A stretch of DNA of 64,000 bases, from positions 19,096,001 to 19,160,000 of the forward strand of contig JBHGNT010000006.1 of assembly GCA_043228905.1 (NCBI GenBank), in the 5' to 3' direction. Below are positions 40,477-53,411 of this stretch, one piece after another. Below the pieces are notes generated by a model. It worked only from the letters and a program-made list of their open reading frames with translations. It did not search any database and was not told the origin of the DNA. Numbering within the stretch: position 1 is the first letter of the stretch; each line of letters opens with the position of its first letter. The stretch comes from Azolla caroliniana (taxonomy: Eukaryota; Plantae; Polypodiophyta). A program made the position numbers and the translations under genes.

Positions 40477-43400
40477 CATATAGGAGGAGTATCAGGAAAT
40501 CTCCTCCATCAAATTTCTTCACAAACACGTAGTGATCGGCCTACATCTTGTGGTACCCTTGGTCGGTCATGAAGGAGTCGAACTTCCGGTACCATTGCCG
40601 AGGGAGCTTGCTTCAGTCCGTATAGGCTCTTCTTCAGCCGGCACACCAAGTGCTCCTTACCTTTCTTCTCAAATCCTTCCTGTTGATGCATGTAGATCTC
40701 TTCTTCAAGGTCACCATGTAAGGATGTCGTCTTGACGTCAAATTACTCTACCTCGAGCTCCATGCTTGCTGTTATGCCCAATACCATCCGGATGGAATCT
40801 TTACTACCGGGGCAAATATCATCGAAATCCACTCCTTTCTTCTACTGGAACCCCTTCACCATGATCTGGGCTTTGTATCTCGGTGGGTTTCCGGCATCTC
40901 TCAGTTTCAACTTGTACACCGACTTGTTCCGAACTGCCCTCTTTCCTTTCGACAACTCCATCAGTTCATACGTGTGGTTCTCATGCAGGGAATCCATCTC
41001 ATCTTGCATGGCACTCAACCACTTGTGGTTATGGGTGTCTCTCTTTGCTTCTTCCAAGATTTTTGGCTCCCCCTAATCAGTTAGCAACATGTTGTTGTAA
41101 AGAAAACCGACCCTAAGAGGAATCGAGGAATTAAAGGCATGAACCCACCCATGCACGAGTGTGCGTGAATTGATATCAATTGTACATAACTAGGAATAGG
41201 ACGGCTTATATAAATATACTAGGTGTGATATATTTATTAGGAAATCGATGCGTATCTCTGTCCAAAGGGAAAGAGAATAAAGTTGACGTGTTTGATGTAG
41301 CAGCCTCCTCGGCGACCTATAAAAGGGAGGGGAGAAGAAGAAGAAGTTATCGCATTTTGGGTAAGACGGATCCTCGACAACAAGGTGGAGTTGTCATTAT
41401 GGGAGGTACTCGGGATTGCCAAGAAGGAGTTCCAGGACTCCATTGTAGACTTGATAAAGTGTAAGCGGCTCTCGATGGAGCCGGAGCCGGATAAGCCTGT
41501 GGAGCTGCGAACGACACGCCTAGAAGACATGGCCCTAGAAGACGAGTTGGCGGATAACCACTATTCAAAGTTGCATTGGGCCAGAGCTACTACGGAGACC
41601 CCTATTCAGATCGGGGATGTTCCGGAGCGGGTGGTGGCATTGATAGACCATGGATCCGAAATCAACTTGATGTCCATGGATTTCTATAAAAAGGGGAAAT
41701 GGTTGATCAACACCAAGCACGGATGGAAGATACGTGCGGCAACGGGCACTACGGAGGAGCTGCATGGTGCGTGCCCGAATGTACGCGTAAAGATAGAGAC
41801 GTCGAGATAGATCAACACTTCTTTCTGCCAGAAACATCCTCGCACCCGATAATACTCAGCGAACCGTACATTACAACGGCACGCATGGAAACAAAGGTGC
41901 TAGACAACGGTTCGGCATACGCGCGCGTAAAGAGCCAGGACGGGCAGCGCTCCGTTCAATTTCTGACGGTGAGGCCGAATCATGAGCGTAACCGTGAGAC
42001 CCTCGGCGGCGATAGCCGAGGGGATTTTTAGAGAGGGCTATGAAGGCGTGGGGCCACAGTAGTCCGGACACCCCAAGAAAATCCCACACATGTACCATAG
42101 ATAGGAAATTTTGGTTCTCCGATAACGGAGGTTGTACTATAGCCGGCATCAGCGGCCGAGAAAAGACGCGGACGGAGGAAAGATTCAGGGCATGCGGTGT
42201 CCTCGGCCCTGACGAAGAGATTGGCGGTGCCATGGAGGCGGTCTCCTTCGATGACACCTTGGGGGAACTACGTGATGTGGTCGAAGAAGGCCTTAGTGAA
42301 GACCGAACGATTCCGGTTAGCTCAGTGGAGATGTACGAAATCATTACTGACTTCGGAGAAAGGGTTGAGTCGAACCGAACGGCTCGTGTGGATACAAGGT
42401 ACAAGACTGTGGACCGGAAGGTGAGGCCAGTTGTGGCTCCCTTGCCGAGGACAACAAGGAGCGGATGAAAGGGGTCGCGTCCAACCCAAGTTTGTGGAAT
42501 CTGGCCAGCATAGGACACCGGTTCATGGACATAACTCTACGGGAGCTCAAGGTTGGTGGGGCTGGCTTTCTACTGCCGGCGGAGGAGGACCGGTTTCGGA
42601 GGATGCTCGGAAGGCACGGGAAGGCCTTCGCATTCTCACCGGAGGAGATCGGGTGCGTAGACCCGACGATCGTAGAACCAATGGTGATATTCACGGTGCC
42701 GCATGTACCGTGGAATCTCAAACCGATCCCGGTAACCAGAGCTCACATCCCAAAGTTTATGGAGCTACTAAAATAGAAAGTGGAGATGTGAATCCTCGAG
42801 CTGTCGAGTGCCCTGTATTCGAATCGATGGTTCACCGTGCCAAAGAAGAACGACACGTTGTGCTTCATATAGGACCTGCAGTCGGTCAACAAGGTGACTA
42901 TTCAAAACACAAGTATCAGACCAACAATCGATGAGCTCGCGGAGGCCTTCGCCGGAAGGTCAATCTATTCGGTCGGTGATCTATATTCAGGGTATGACCA
43001 GTTCCAACTAGCCGTAGAGAGCCGGGATATCACGACAATGCAGACTCCTCTCGGCCTAGTGCGGATGTGTACCCTACCGGAGGGAGGGACCAACTCGGTG
43101 GCGCACATGGTGAATGCAATGAACAAACTCGGGCACTTGTGCAGCCTTACGCTCGGAAACCATCTCCCACAAAGATGGAGACCATCTTTGCAATGAGGGA
43201 CGATTGCGGGTTGGTTATGGAGGTCCGAAGGTCCGAAGGTTCTTGGGGGCATGTGCGTTCTATCACATCTGGATTCCGCACTACGCACATGTCGCGGAAC
43301 CACTTTACGGGCTACTGAAGAAGGGGCATAAATTCGAATGGGGCAAGGAGCATACGGAGTCGATCCAGAGACTGACGGAGGCGCTTACTGCGGCACCGGC

Positions 43401-46400
43401 TCTCCGGAAAGTGGTTTACGGCAAGGAGGTCCCAATCTACATAACCGTAGATATGAGCCCGACTAGGATAGGATGGGTGATCAATCAGGAGGACGAGAGC
43501 GGCACGCGGTTCCTGATCCAATTCGGGGCGAAGGTTCTCAGTGAGCGACAGCGAGGATACACCCAAGTTAAGCGCGAACTGTGGGGTATCATTTCGGCAG
43601 TCAAGGCCAATAAAGATTAATTGATCGGGACAGAAGTAATCATCGAGACGGACTTCCTGCCGATCCTCGGTATGGTTTTCGAATGCGCGACTCCAGACCT
43701 AGCAATGCTCAGGTGGATCGCGTACATTAAGTCCCTGGATCCGGAGATACGAGACATATCCAGAAAGGACAACACCATGGCCGATATGCTTTCTAGAGCG
43801 CGGTTCGACGACGAGAACGGCATGGTTTTGGAGGACGAAGAAGTCGGCGTAAACTTCTTCGAGTCAGCTCGCGTAGCGACAAGGGCGGGGAGCACTCCGG
43901 CGCTTAACGAGTTCACGGAGAGCGAGTACGACGGGGAGTGGCTCCAGATTGGAAGGTTCCTGAGGACAATGATGTCGAACGCGACATGGACCAGAGAGGA
44001 GGCTAACCAGATCCTGAAGAAAGCATATTGATTCTTCCTACGGGACAGAAGTATATGGAAGCACCCAAAGAAGCGAGGCGACGTTCCACTCCGCGTAGTG
44101 GCGAGAAAGGGCCAGCAGGACGAGTTGTTAATGACGTCCCACGAGAGTCCTTGGGCCGGACACTGCGGGACATGGGCCACATTCGAGAAACTGAAAGAGA
44201 AATATTGGTGGTCGGGGTTGTACCTGGATGTGCGCAAGTTCGTGACGACGTGCGAAAGCTATCAGCTACACTCCATAGTCTGACATCGAGATGAGCTACA
44301 CCCGACCTACCTGCCAATCGTCCATTTCAAGTGGATGGTAGACTTAGTAACGATGTCAGTGGGGGTAGGGCAGATGCGGTACCTGGTGCTTGCGTGGGAG
44401 GATTTAACGAACCAGGTGGCGGGCTGTGCACTACAGAACACGAAGACTCCGGCGGTATGCCGGTTTCTGATCGAAGAGGTAGTATGCCGGTATGGGTGCG
44501 TGGGGAAGATCATAGCGGACCGTGGGGAACTGGATGCACAGGAGGCCAAAGAGTTGTTTGAATGTTTAGGGGTTAAACTCTCGCTCACTACGGCGTACAA
44601 TCCGGAGGCAAATGGGAAGGTGAAGCGCGGACACGGGCCAATCGTAAAGGCGCTAGTACGCACGTGCGACGGATGGGTCGGGAATTGGCCACGGCTCCTT
44701 CCTTACGCGTTGTGGGCGGACCGGACTACGCACAGTTGGGTAACAGGGTTCATGCCAACGGAGCTGATGTATGGGCAGAAGCCTATCATGTTGGTGGACC
44801 GGACGATTTCCTCCTAGGCGGTGATAGATTGGAGAGACGAGATGAGCCAGGAGGAGCTGTTCGCAACGCAGATTCGACAGCTCGAGCGAAGACCAGAGGA
44901 CGTGGAGCGTGCAAAGGCGAAGCTACATGCGGCGAGGGAGAGGAACAAAAGCCGGTTCGACCAGACACACCGGTTGCGGCCAAAGAAGATCAAGGAAGGC
45001 GATTGGGTGTTGGTGTACGACAGTAGCCTCGACAACCAACACAAGGCAATGCGCAAATTCACGAGGAGGTGGTTCGGGCCCTACGCCGTAACGAGCGCGA
45101 ACGATAACGGGACGTATCATCTTGCGGAGCTCGACGGGACGCGATTAACAGTGCCGGTAGCCGGGAAGCGGATCAAGGCGTTCAAGAAGCGGCAGGAGGA
45201 CGAGTCGGACCCGGGAAGCGTGACCGACGACAACGACCGGTTCAGAGCATATGAGGATCTGGGAAGTGACGGATGATTACGGGCCGGTCTTCTCCGGCGG
45301 TTGTTAGTGTTTGGCGCATACCAGTGGATGCGCGGTTTGGTGGGGGTGGATGTCGTGAAGAAAACTGGCCCTAAGAGGAATCGAGGAATTAAAGGCATGA
45401 ACCCACCCTTGCACGAGTGTGCGCGAATTGATATCAATTGTACATAACTAGGAATAGGACGACTTATATAAATATACTAGGTGTGACATATTTGTTAGGA
45501 AATCGATGCATATCTCTATCCAAAGGGAAAGAGAATAAAGTTGACATGTTTGATGTAACGGCCTCCTCGGCGACCTATAAAAGGGAGGGGAGAAGAAGAA
45601 GAAGTTATCGTGTTTTGGGTTTGGAGGTGTTGTCGAACTGGGAACCGATCTCTCTCCTCCTCTATCATCATTCTCTGTAGGGTTGCAATCATTGTAATCA
45701 TCACTGTTATTGGAATTGAATCTCTTGTTCTCGTCTATCTATGTTTTTGGGTGTCTCCTCTTTTGTTTCTCTCGAGTGTGCTTCTTGGTTAAGTCGGTAT
45801 ACACGTTGGTGGTTCATTCAGCGGGCAAGTCTTGTCGGTTGTTGATAGGTCTAGCAGGCCTTGCACTTGCACGCTCCTCACTTCCTCTTGTCTCTCTTGC
45901 TCCTCGGTTCAGGGCCCCCGTGGTCCCGCCTTATTTCACACACGTAAGCGAAACAACTCGACAACGTGCTCTGCATCCGAAAATCTCCAGGGAGCTCTTC
46001 TCTCTCTGAAAGGATATCTTCGTCCTTGGTTTTTGACTGCCGGTTCCTCCATTTGTTCTGAATCTGAATCCGATTCGGGATCTTGTCCAGTTCCGGTGTC
46101 TTCTTCTTCTTCTTCTTCTTCTTCTTCTTCGGTCAGTTCGGTTTCTTGTCCGTATCCGGCCAGTTCGTCGAGTGTTGTCCGGTTACCGGCTAACATCCAG
46201 TTTTCCACCGGGTATATCCTCGTGTCCTCAAACTGCTTTTCATTGGATGATCCGGAGTTCATCACCATCTTCTCTGACTCCCAAGTCTGCAATGGTCCTG
46301 TCTTCCATGAAGACTATGTCCCGACTCTGGAACACCTTCTTATTGACCAGATCCCACACCCGGTAACCGAACTCATCATCACCGTATCCAAGGAATATGC

Positions 46401-48955
46401 ATGGCCTGGACTTCGGATCCAGCTTTGCTCTCTTGTCCTTTGCAACATGCACATATACGAGACACCCGAACACCTTCAGATGCCGGTAAGACATGTCCTT
46501 ACCGGTCCATATTCTTTGCGGCGTGTCTTCGTCCAAGGGTATTGAGGGTGATCTGTTTATCACATAGGTCTTCGTCGTCATCGCCTCAGCCCAAAATGTC
46601 TTGGGTAACTTTGCAAGTGCCAGCATGCTCCGGACTCTCTCCATCACGGTCCGGTTCATCCGTTCGGCCAACCTATTCAATTCCAGCGTCTTCGGCACGG
46701 TGAATTCGAGCCAGATTCCGTTCAACCAGTAGTACTCCTCAAACTGTCCCCGGTATTCTCCTCCGTTGTCTGCTCGAACCGCCTTCAGCTTCCAGCCAGT
46801 TTCTCTTTCCACTCTCGCGTGGAGTTCCTTGAAAACGGATAGCACCTGTTCCTTCGTCTTCAATGGTGAGACCCACAGCTTCCGACTGTGGTCATCTATG
46901 AACGTCATGAAGTACTACGATCCGGCATGTGACTTCGTGTCCACTTGACACACATCAGTATGCACCAGCTCCAGTGGTGCATTCTATCTCATCGGTGGTC
47001 TAGACCGGAAGGAGGTTCGGTTTTGCTTGCCGGCCAGGAAATCGGTGCACTTCTCAAGTTGCATGTCCTTCACCGGAATGACGTTGTTATCGGCAAGTCT
47101 CTTCATCCCCTTCTGACTCATGTGACACAGTCTCTCGTACCACACCTCACTGGCAGTGTCGGATGCAACGTTCACTTCCTCCCAGCATATCCGGGCATGC
47201 ATCAAGTACAGTGTGTTGATCTTTCGGGCTCGAGCCACTATTAGGCTCCCTTTGATGAACTTCATAACTTTGTTCCAAATGCTACCCGTGTAGCCTTTAT
47301 CATCTAGCCGACCGGCTGATATCAGGTTCAGTCAAACCTATGAAATGTGTCGAACATCCTTCAGCAACAACTTGCATCCGGTTGATGTCGTCAACAACGC
47401 ATCTCCTATGCCGACAATTCGGCATGTACCTTCATTCCCCATACGGACACAACCATGATCTCCGGTTGTGTAGGATGAGAAGCACCTCCGGTCCGGTGTC
47501 AGGTGGAACGACGCTCTAGAATCGACAACCCACAGTGTCTTGTCGCCAAGAAGGTTTAACTCATTCTCTTCTGTAATGAGATCAGTTCTTCTTCACTTGT
47601 CACGATTGCGGACATTCCCTTCCGATCCGGTCCGAGCCATTTCAGTCCGAACTCTTCTTCGAATCGGTAGTGTTGGTTTCTTGCTCTTTCCGGAAATTCC
47701 AACAGTTCTTCTAGAAGTGCCCCGGCTTCGCACAGTAGAAGCAAGTAGGCCTCCCCCTTGAGTTCAACCTTGTCCCCGATTTGTCCCGGATTTGGGGACT
47801 CCGATACCGGCCTCTTCCCCGGTTGTGGTCATCTTCCATGACCAAGGTCTTCGGATCGGTTCCAGACTCCCGATCCTTCCGGCGAGCTTCTTCATCTAGC
47901 AAGCTTGACTTGACTCTTGCTAGGGACAATTCTTTTCCTTCCGGCCCGGCATTGCCCAACATGACAACTAGCGTCTCCCAACTATCCAAGAGGGAACCGA
48001 GCAGGAGTAATGCGAGTACCTCATCGGCAAGAGGTACTTCCAACGAGGTTGCCTGGTGGATCAGTCCCTGGAAGGCATTCATGTGCTCTGACATACTGGA
48101 GTCATCCTAGTACTGGATCCTCACTAGCTTCCGGAATACTGAAACCCGATTAACGGCATTCTTGTTCTCGAACATGATGATGATCTTCTCCCAGAGTTCA
48201 TCAACCTTGCTCTCTTCATTGAAGTTGTTGTACAAGCTCATGTCGATGAAGCACCGGATGTATGTCGTTGTCTTCATGTGCATCACCTCCCACACTGTGG
48301 CGTCGATCTTATCCGGTCTCTTGTCCCCGAACTAAACCGGCAACTTCCACACGGAGTAATTGGAGCCGGTGAGCTTGAACATGCCGTCGAACGATTCTTC
48401 CATTTCCTATGTTTTTTTCTCTGATACCAGATTGTGAAGAAAAACGCGGAAAATTGCTCGGCCACAACCGAGTCTTGAATCACAGAAATGGGAATGGAAC
48501 ACAGAAGTGGGAAGTAGAGAGTACACAGAGTATTTACGTGGAAACCCCTAATAGGGTAAAAAACCACAAGAGCCCATAGGGTCCAAACTTATCACTATAT
48601 GAGAAAGGTACAATCAGAGACTCGAAGGCAACGACCTCGAGCTTTGTTTCTTCGCCGAGCGGCGGTTACAACAGAGTATCACTGTGTATCTCTATCTCTC
48701 TCTATACAACAATTATACACATACAAAATATGACAACAACTACCAACACACTAAAGTGATTACCCTAAGTCATATTTATACTCATATGAACTTAGGACTA
48801 TTTACAAATATAGCCTCAATAGGCTTACTCAAAATATATTTACAAGTATGTCTTCTCTTTCGGGTCCATCCGATCCGGTTTTCGGATCTCTTCTGGTTCA
48901 CCGGGTCCTCTTCATTCATAACTTGATCCCATCCGGAGGGACCAATTTCCCAACA
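40477..48955 (-). mobile_element. Ty1/copia family C (Tnt1/Tork-like), degenerate; hosts gypsy G2
   Basis: LTR 48433-48955, PBS 48419-48429, Gag ATG 48403. Gag/zinc knuckle 47711-48094 and integrase 46240-46908. RT fragments at 40477-41092 resume in frame across the G2 insertion (FSDAEH|VLLTD). Truncated at LLLY(VDD). Confidence 0.88.
41093..45963 (+). mobile_element. Non-chromovirus Ty3/gypsy copy G2, internally deleted
   Basis: The 5' LTR fragment 41093-~41362 is fused to late Gag. 3' LTR 45351-45963. 4-bp TSD ATGT/ACGT. Protease, RT (FLDD region deleted at ~43127), RNase H and integrase are present. Confidence 0.92.
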
Positions 48956-49072
48956 ATTTCCCCCTTCACTCTGGCATGGGATGTCTCGCAAGCCCGATCC
49001 ACTTTCGGCATGCATCCAGCTTGTCGGTTGTCAACACCTTCGTCAACATATCCAACCCGTTCTCTACGGAAT
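48956..49072 (-). mobile_element. Family C RNase H tail and PPT directly upstream of LTR 48433-48955
   Basis: PPT GAAGGGGGAAAT on the minus strand. Encodes DMLTKVLTTDKLDACRK, homologous to 22710-22810. Confidence 0.82.
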
Positions 49073-51291
49073 GAACACATCGGTTGTTTGTCGACTAAAG
49101 AAGTACCTCTACGGACTAAAGCAATCCTTGCATGCCTGGAACGTGAAGATCACGCAATGACTGCGTCAGATGGGGTTTGCCAAATCCAAGTCAAACTCTT
49201 CACTTTTCATCCAGCAAGGTCGAAGTGGGTTGGTTAGTATTTTACTTTACGTTGATGATTTAGTCATCGCCAGTGCCGACCAAGAAGAAATCGGCCACGT
49301 CAAGTACCAACTAGCGGATACTTCCTCAGGATCAAAGTGATCCACACCCCCGAAGGCATATTGATCAGCCAACGATATTCAGGTTCAGTATGATGGAGTG
49401 CAAGTTTGTCTCAACTCCTCTGGATAGGAATGTGAAGTTTCTCCCTGACTCATGAACGACATGCAACCGGAAAAGATTCCGATAGATAGTCAAAAGCCTT
49501 ATATACTTAAACATCACCCGGCCAAACCTTAGCTATCCAGTCGGCTTGATTAGTCAATTCATGGCGCATTCGACCGTGGAGCACCTTCAATGCGCGTAAT
49601 GAATACTCATGTATGTCAGCGGCACTAAGGACAAGGGATTGTTGTATCGGACCGGTATTGTTGAACAGTTGATCGGCTACACAGATGTTGAATGGGCCGG
49701 AAACGTCGGTGATCGAACGTCTAAATCGGGCTTCGCATTTTCACTTGGAAGCACCGCGATCGCCTGGAGCGGCAAGAAGCAACCGACAGTTGTGTTGTCA
49801 AGCACAGAGGCCGATTATCGAGTGGTTGTCGCGACATGCAAAGCCATATGGCTCAAAAGGTTATTGAAGAATCTACAGGTGGAGGTGTCTGATTCGACAA
49901 TGATCTACTGCAACAACCTCAGTAGCATCCAACTTGTGAAGAACCCCGTCTTCCATGCTTTGACCATGTACATTGAAGTGCACTATCATTTTGTCCGAGA
50001 GCGAATCCTTTCCGGTGAAGTCAAACTTGTTTATGTTCCGACTGATCGGTAGTTGCCCATATCTTTACCAAACCTCTTGGCCTGGACAACTTGTGGAATT
50101 TTTCAACTTTGCTTGGTTTACAGCATCTCGACATGCCGAACTTGAGGGGGAGGTGTGAAGTCGAAGAGGAGAGATGATGTCTGAAAAGTCAAATCAGATC
50201 AATAATTCGATTTCAACACGACTGAAGAAGTTGGAACGTCCGGATCGGCTGGAGAAGCCGAGGACGCATGGACAGGTGGAAGAAGATCGGCTAAGAAATG
50301 GCTAGATACATGCAGGGGGAGTGGCCGCAAGGGAGAGCTGAAGCTAGAGCCAATCGAACCAAGGGGAGGAAGAGCAGTGAGAGTAGCAAAGTCGAGAAGG
50401 ACAGAGCCGACCAAGGGAAGGCCAGGACCAAGATATGGGTAGATGTGGTCAAGGGTTTGAAGGATAATGAATCAGAGACAACCGATTCGGACAAGAGCCG
50501 GAACGAATCGAAGATACCCAATTCGGTCGAGGAGTTCAATTCGGACAACCCGAATCACATGAAGGTCAGGCTGATGTGAAGGCAGTTGAAGTTGACGCCG
50601 AGACGGTGTCGTGAAGAAAACCGTCCACAAGCGGAATCGGTGCGCCGAAGCATAGGAACCGGCTCTTCAAGCACGTACGCCTTATGTTGTACATAAGAGA
50701 GAATTAGGTACATAGGAGATCCTAGGTAGGTAGATTCAGTGGGTAGGAAGTTAATAGGAAATGGCTCCTTCCTTGCCTATAAAGGGAGGGAGACGAGAAA
50801 GGGGAAGGGATCGGAGAGACGAGGACGAAGTGCTGTCGGTTTGTGGAAAAGGCTTCTCTCTCTCTCCCCAGCTCCGTGGCTTCCTTCTGTGCAGGTTTCG
50901 GGAGGCTCGCGCTACTCTAAGGAATGCCCGAGTGCTTCCGGCAGCACCTCCAACCTACTCCTTTCTTTCTGTGCGCTTACGAACAGGCATCGGCATCTGT
51001 TCGCCAGCCTGTTCGGTTGTAACCGACTTCGTGCTTCTTGTTGTTTGGTTTGTTAATATATATATTTACATACATTCGTGTCTCTCTGTGTCGGTGTCCC
51101 ACTCGCGTCTTTGTGTCGAAGGGCCGTGTCCCCTGTGAATTTGCGCTCGCACGTAGTGGGTCCCCTCCCTTCTCCTTTCTCTTTTGCTCTTCGGTACAAT
51201 ACCCCGAGGTTCCGCCTCATTCCACGCATCCGCGAGGAATACCTCGACATCTTGGTGAACCCGACGTAAAAGAGGCGGCAGAAGAGCAGAA

Positions 51292-53411
51292 GATGAGGGG
51301 GTCGGATCTTGCAGAGGCCATGGCTTCGGCCGTGGATCGGATATTGAGCACACGCGAGGGCACCAGCGCTCTCGACAGAGCCATTGAGGCGGTTGTCGGT
51401 ACGATCGGCCGGTTCAGCGGAAAGGATGCTACGAAGTATTTGGCGTCCTACGGGGCAGAAATGCTAATGCGGGACATTCCGAAAGAGAGGCGTCTTGCCG
51501 GGTTCCCTCGAGTGGCGATGCCGAGCATCCATGCGGAGGTGCTCGAGGTACGGGCGGAGAGCTGTACCTGGGAGGAGTTCGAAGGCCAACTCCTAGAGAA
51601 ATACGGGCTGGACGACGCGCTCCGGCTTTCGAAACGGGACTTCATGGAATGGGTGGAGTCCCCCGGCAAAGGAAGAAACGCGTCGGCACTCCTCCGGGAG
51701 TTCGAAGAACGCTTTGCGCGCCTTTCGGCGCTTGACCGAACCGTTCTGGATACGAGCCGGGTACTACTGTTCGTCAAGTCGGTGGACGAGCGGGACCAGG
51801 ATCAAGTCGGCTCCTTGCTGGAAACCGAAGACAGGCTGACAATCGACTGGGCTGCGGTTAAGAGAGTCTGTGGCCGTTTCGACAAACGGCGAGAATGGGC
51901 TGACAACGGGGCGGCCGGTGCGGGCTCTGTCACAGCAAGGAGGCTTGAACCGGCACTGCAAGGGCGAAGGGAAGAAACCCGGGAATGACGTCCGGCTTCG
52001 ACCGGCATGGTCAATGGCTCGTCCGGAGGAGCGGCGCTGGAGGAGTTGACGCGGGCGATAAAGGATCTCCAGATCGCCCAGACTCGAAGGGAAGGCGGCG
52101 AACCGGCTCGTGACCGACGGCCGGCAGCGGGGAACAGGTGCATGTGGTGCGACGAGGTCGGCCACATTCGAAAGGACTGCGGCGATTTCGCAGAGGCGTT
52201 GAGGAACCGGGTGGTGTACCTGTGGGAAGGCCGAGTGCATGCCGGTGATACCAAAAGGGCCCTAAACCGAAACGACGGGCGAGGAGGTATCAAAAGACTG
52301 ATGGAAGAGGCAACGGCCCGACACGTGGAGGCCAATCCACTACTCGGCGTCGGCCGGCATTCGGGTTGGGGGCAGCGAAGCCCGAAAGGAGAGCGAAGAC
52401 GGATTCTGGTCGGCAATGCTGGAAGGCCTCGCCGGCGCACGGTTGAGGAAAGATGAAGCGGACCGCGCTGAGAGACGGGTCCGGGAAGTAACCGGGTGGA
52501 GCGACCCGGTCGAGGAGAAGACGGGCTTTGTAGAAGCCGCTTGCCGAAACTACGAGGCTCTGGTAGAAGACAAACGAGTGGGGAAAGCCGGATCGGCCGG
52601 GCCCTCACAACGGTACGAGACCCGATTCGGGCAACGACGGAACGATGCCGGTGAGTCCAGCTCGCAAGATAACCCCAGGAAGGGCGGATACCGACTGGGG
52701 ACGGATATAGAAAGGACCACGGACCTACGAAAGGTCCTAGAAGAACGGATCCTCGACAGCAAAGTGGAGTTGTCATTGCGGGAGGTGATGGGGATCGCCA
52801 AGAAGGAGTTCCACGACTCCATTGTAGACTTGGTGAAACGGAAGAGGCTGTCGACGGAGACGGAACCGGAAATACCGGTGGAGGTGCGGACGATGCACAT
52901 CGACGACTTGGCGCTGGAAGACGAGTGGGCGGAGAGCCACTATTCAAGGCCACACTGGGCCCGAGCGACCACGGAGACCCCGGTTAAGATCGGAGATGTT
53001 CAGGAACCGGTGGTAGCATTGGTGGACCACGGTTCGGAAATAAACCTGATGTCCATGGATTTCTATAAGAAGGGAAAGTGGCCGATCAACACCAAGCACG
53101 GGTGGAAGATACGGGCGGCGACGCGCGCCACTGAGGAACTGCACGGGGCCTGCCCGAACGTGCGAGTCAAGATCGGCGACGTCGAGATTGACCAGCACTT
53201 CTTCGTACATGAGACGTCCTCGCACCCGGTCATATTAGGTGAACCATACATCACGGCGGTGCGGATGGAGACCAAGGTGCTAGACAACGGTTCGGCCTAC
53301 GCGAGGGTCAAAAGCCAGGACGGGCGCCATTCGGTCCAATTTCTGACGGTGCGGCCGAACCATGAGCGAAACCGCGAATCCCTCGGTGGCGAGAACCGAG
53401 AGGATTTTTAG
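51292..53411 (+). pseudogene. G3 ORF1: Gag (zinc knuckle CMWCDEVGHIRKDC) plus aspartic protease (LVDHGSEINLM)
   Basis: In-frame TGA at 51986-51988 and a 1-nt insertion near 52334, judged against the G1 peptide HYATLAGIRVG. Ends GAT TTT TAG at 53411. Confidence 0.85.

Noticed and set aside
22133-48955. LTRs 22133-22697 and 48433-48955 as the two ends of one giant nested element
   Set aside because: Too diverged, with different termini and no TSD; they are related subfamilies rather than a pair.
51802-52953. 383-aa minus-strand ORF in G3
   Set aside because: GC-rich antisense shadow of Gag, not preserved as such in G1 or G2.
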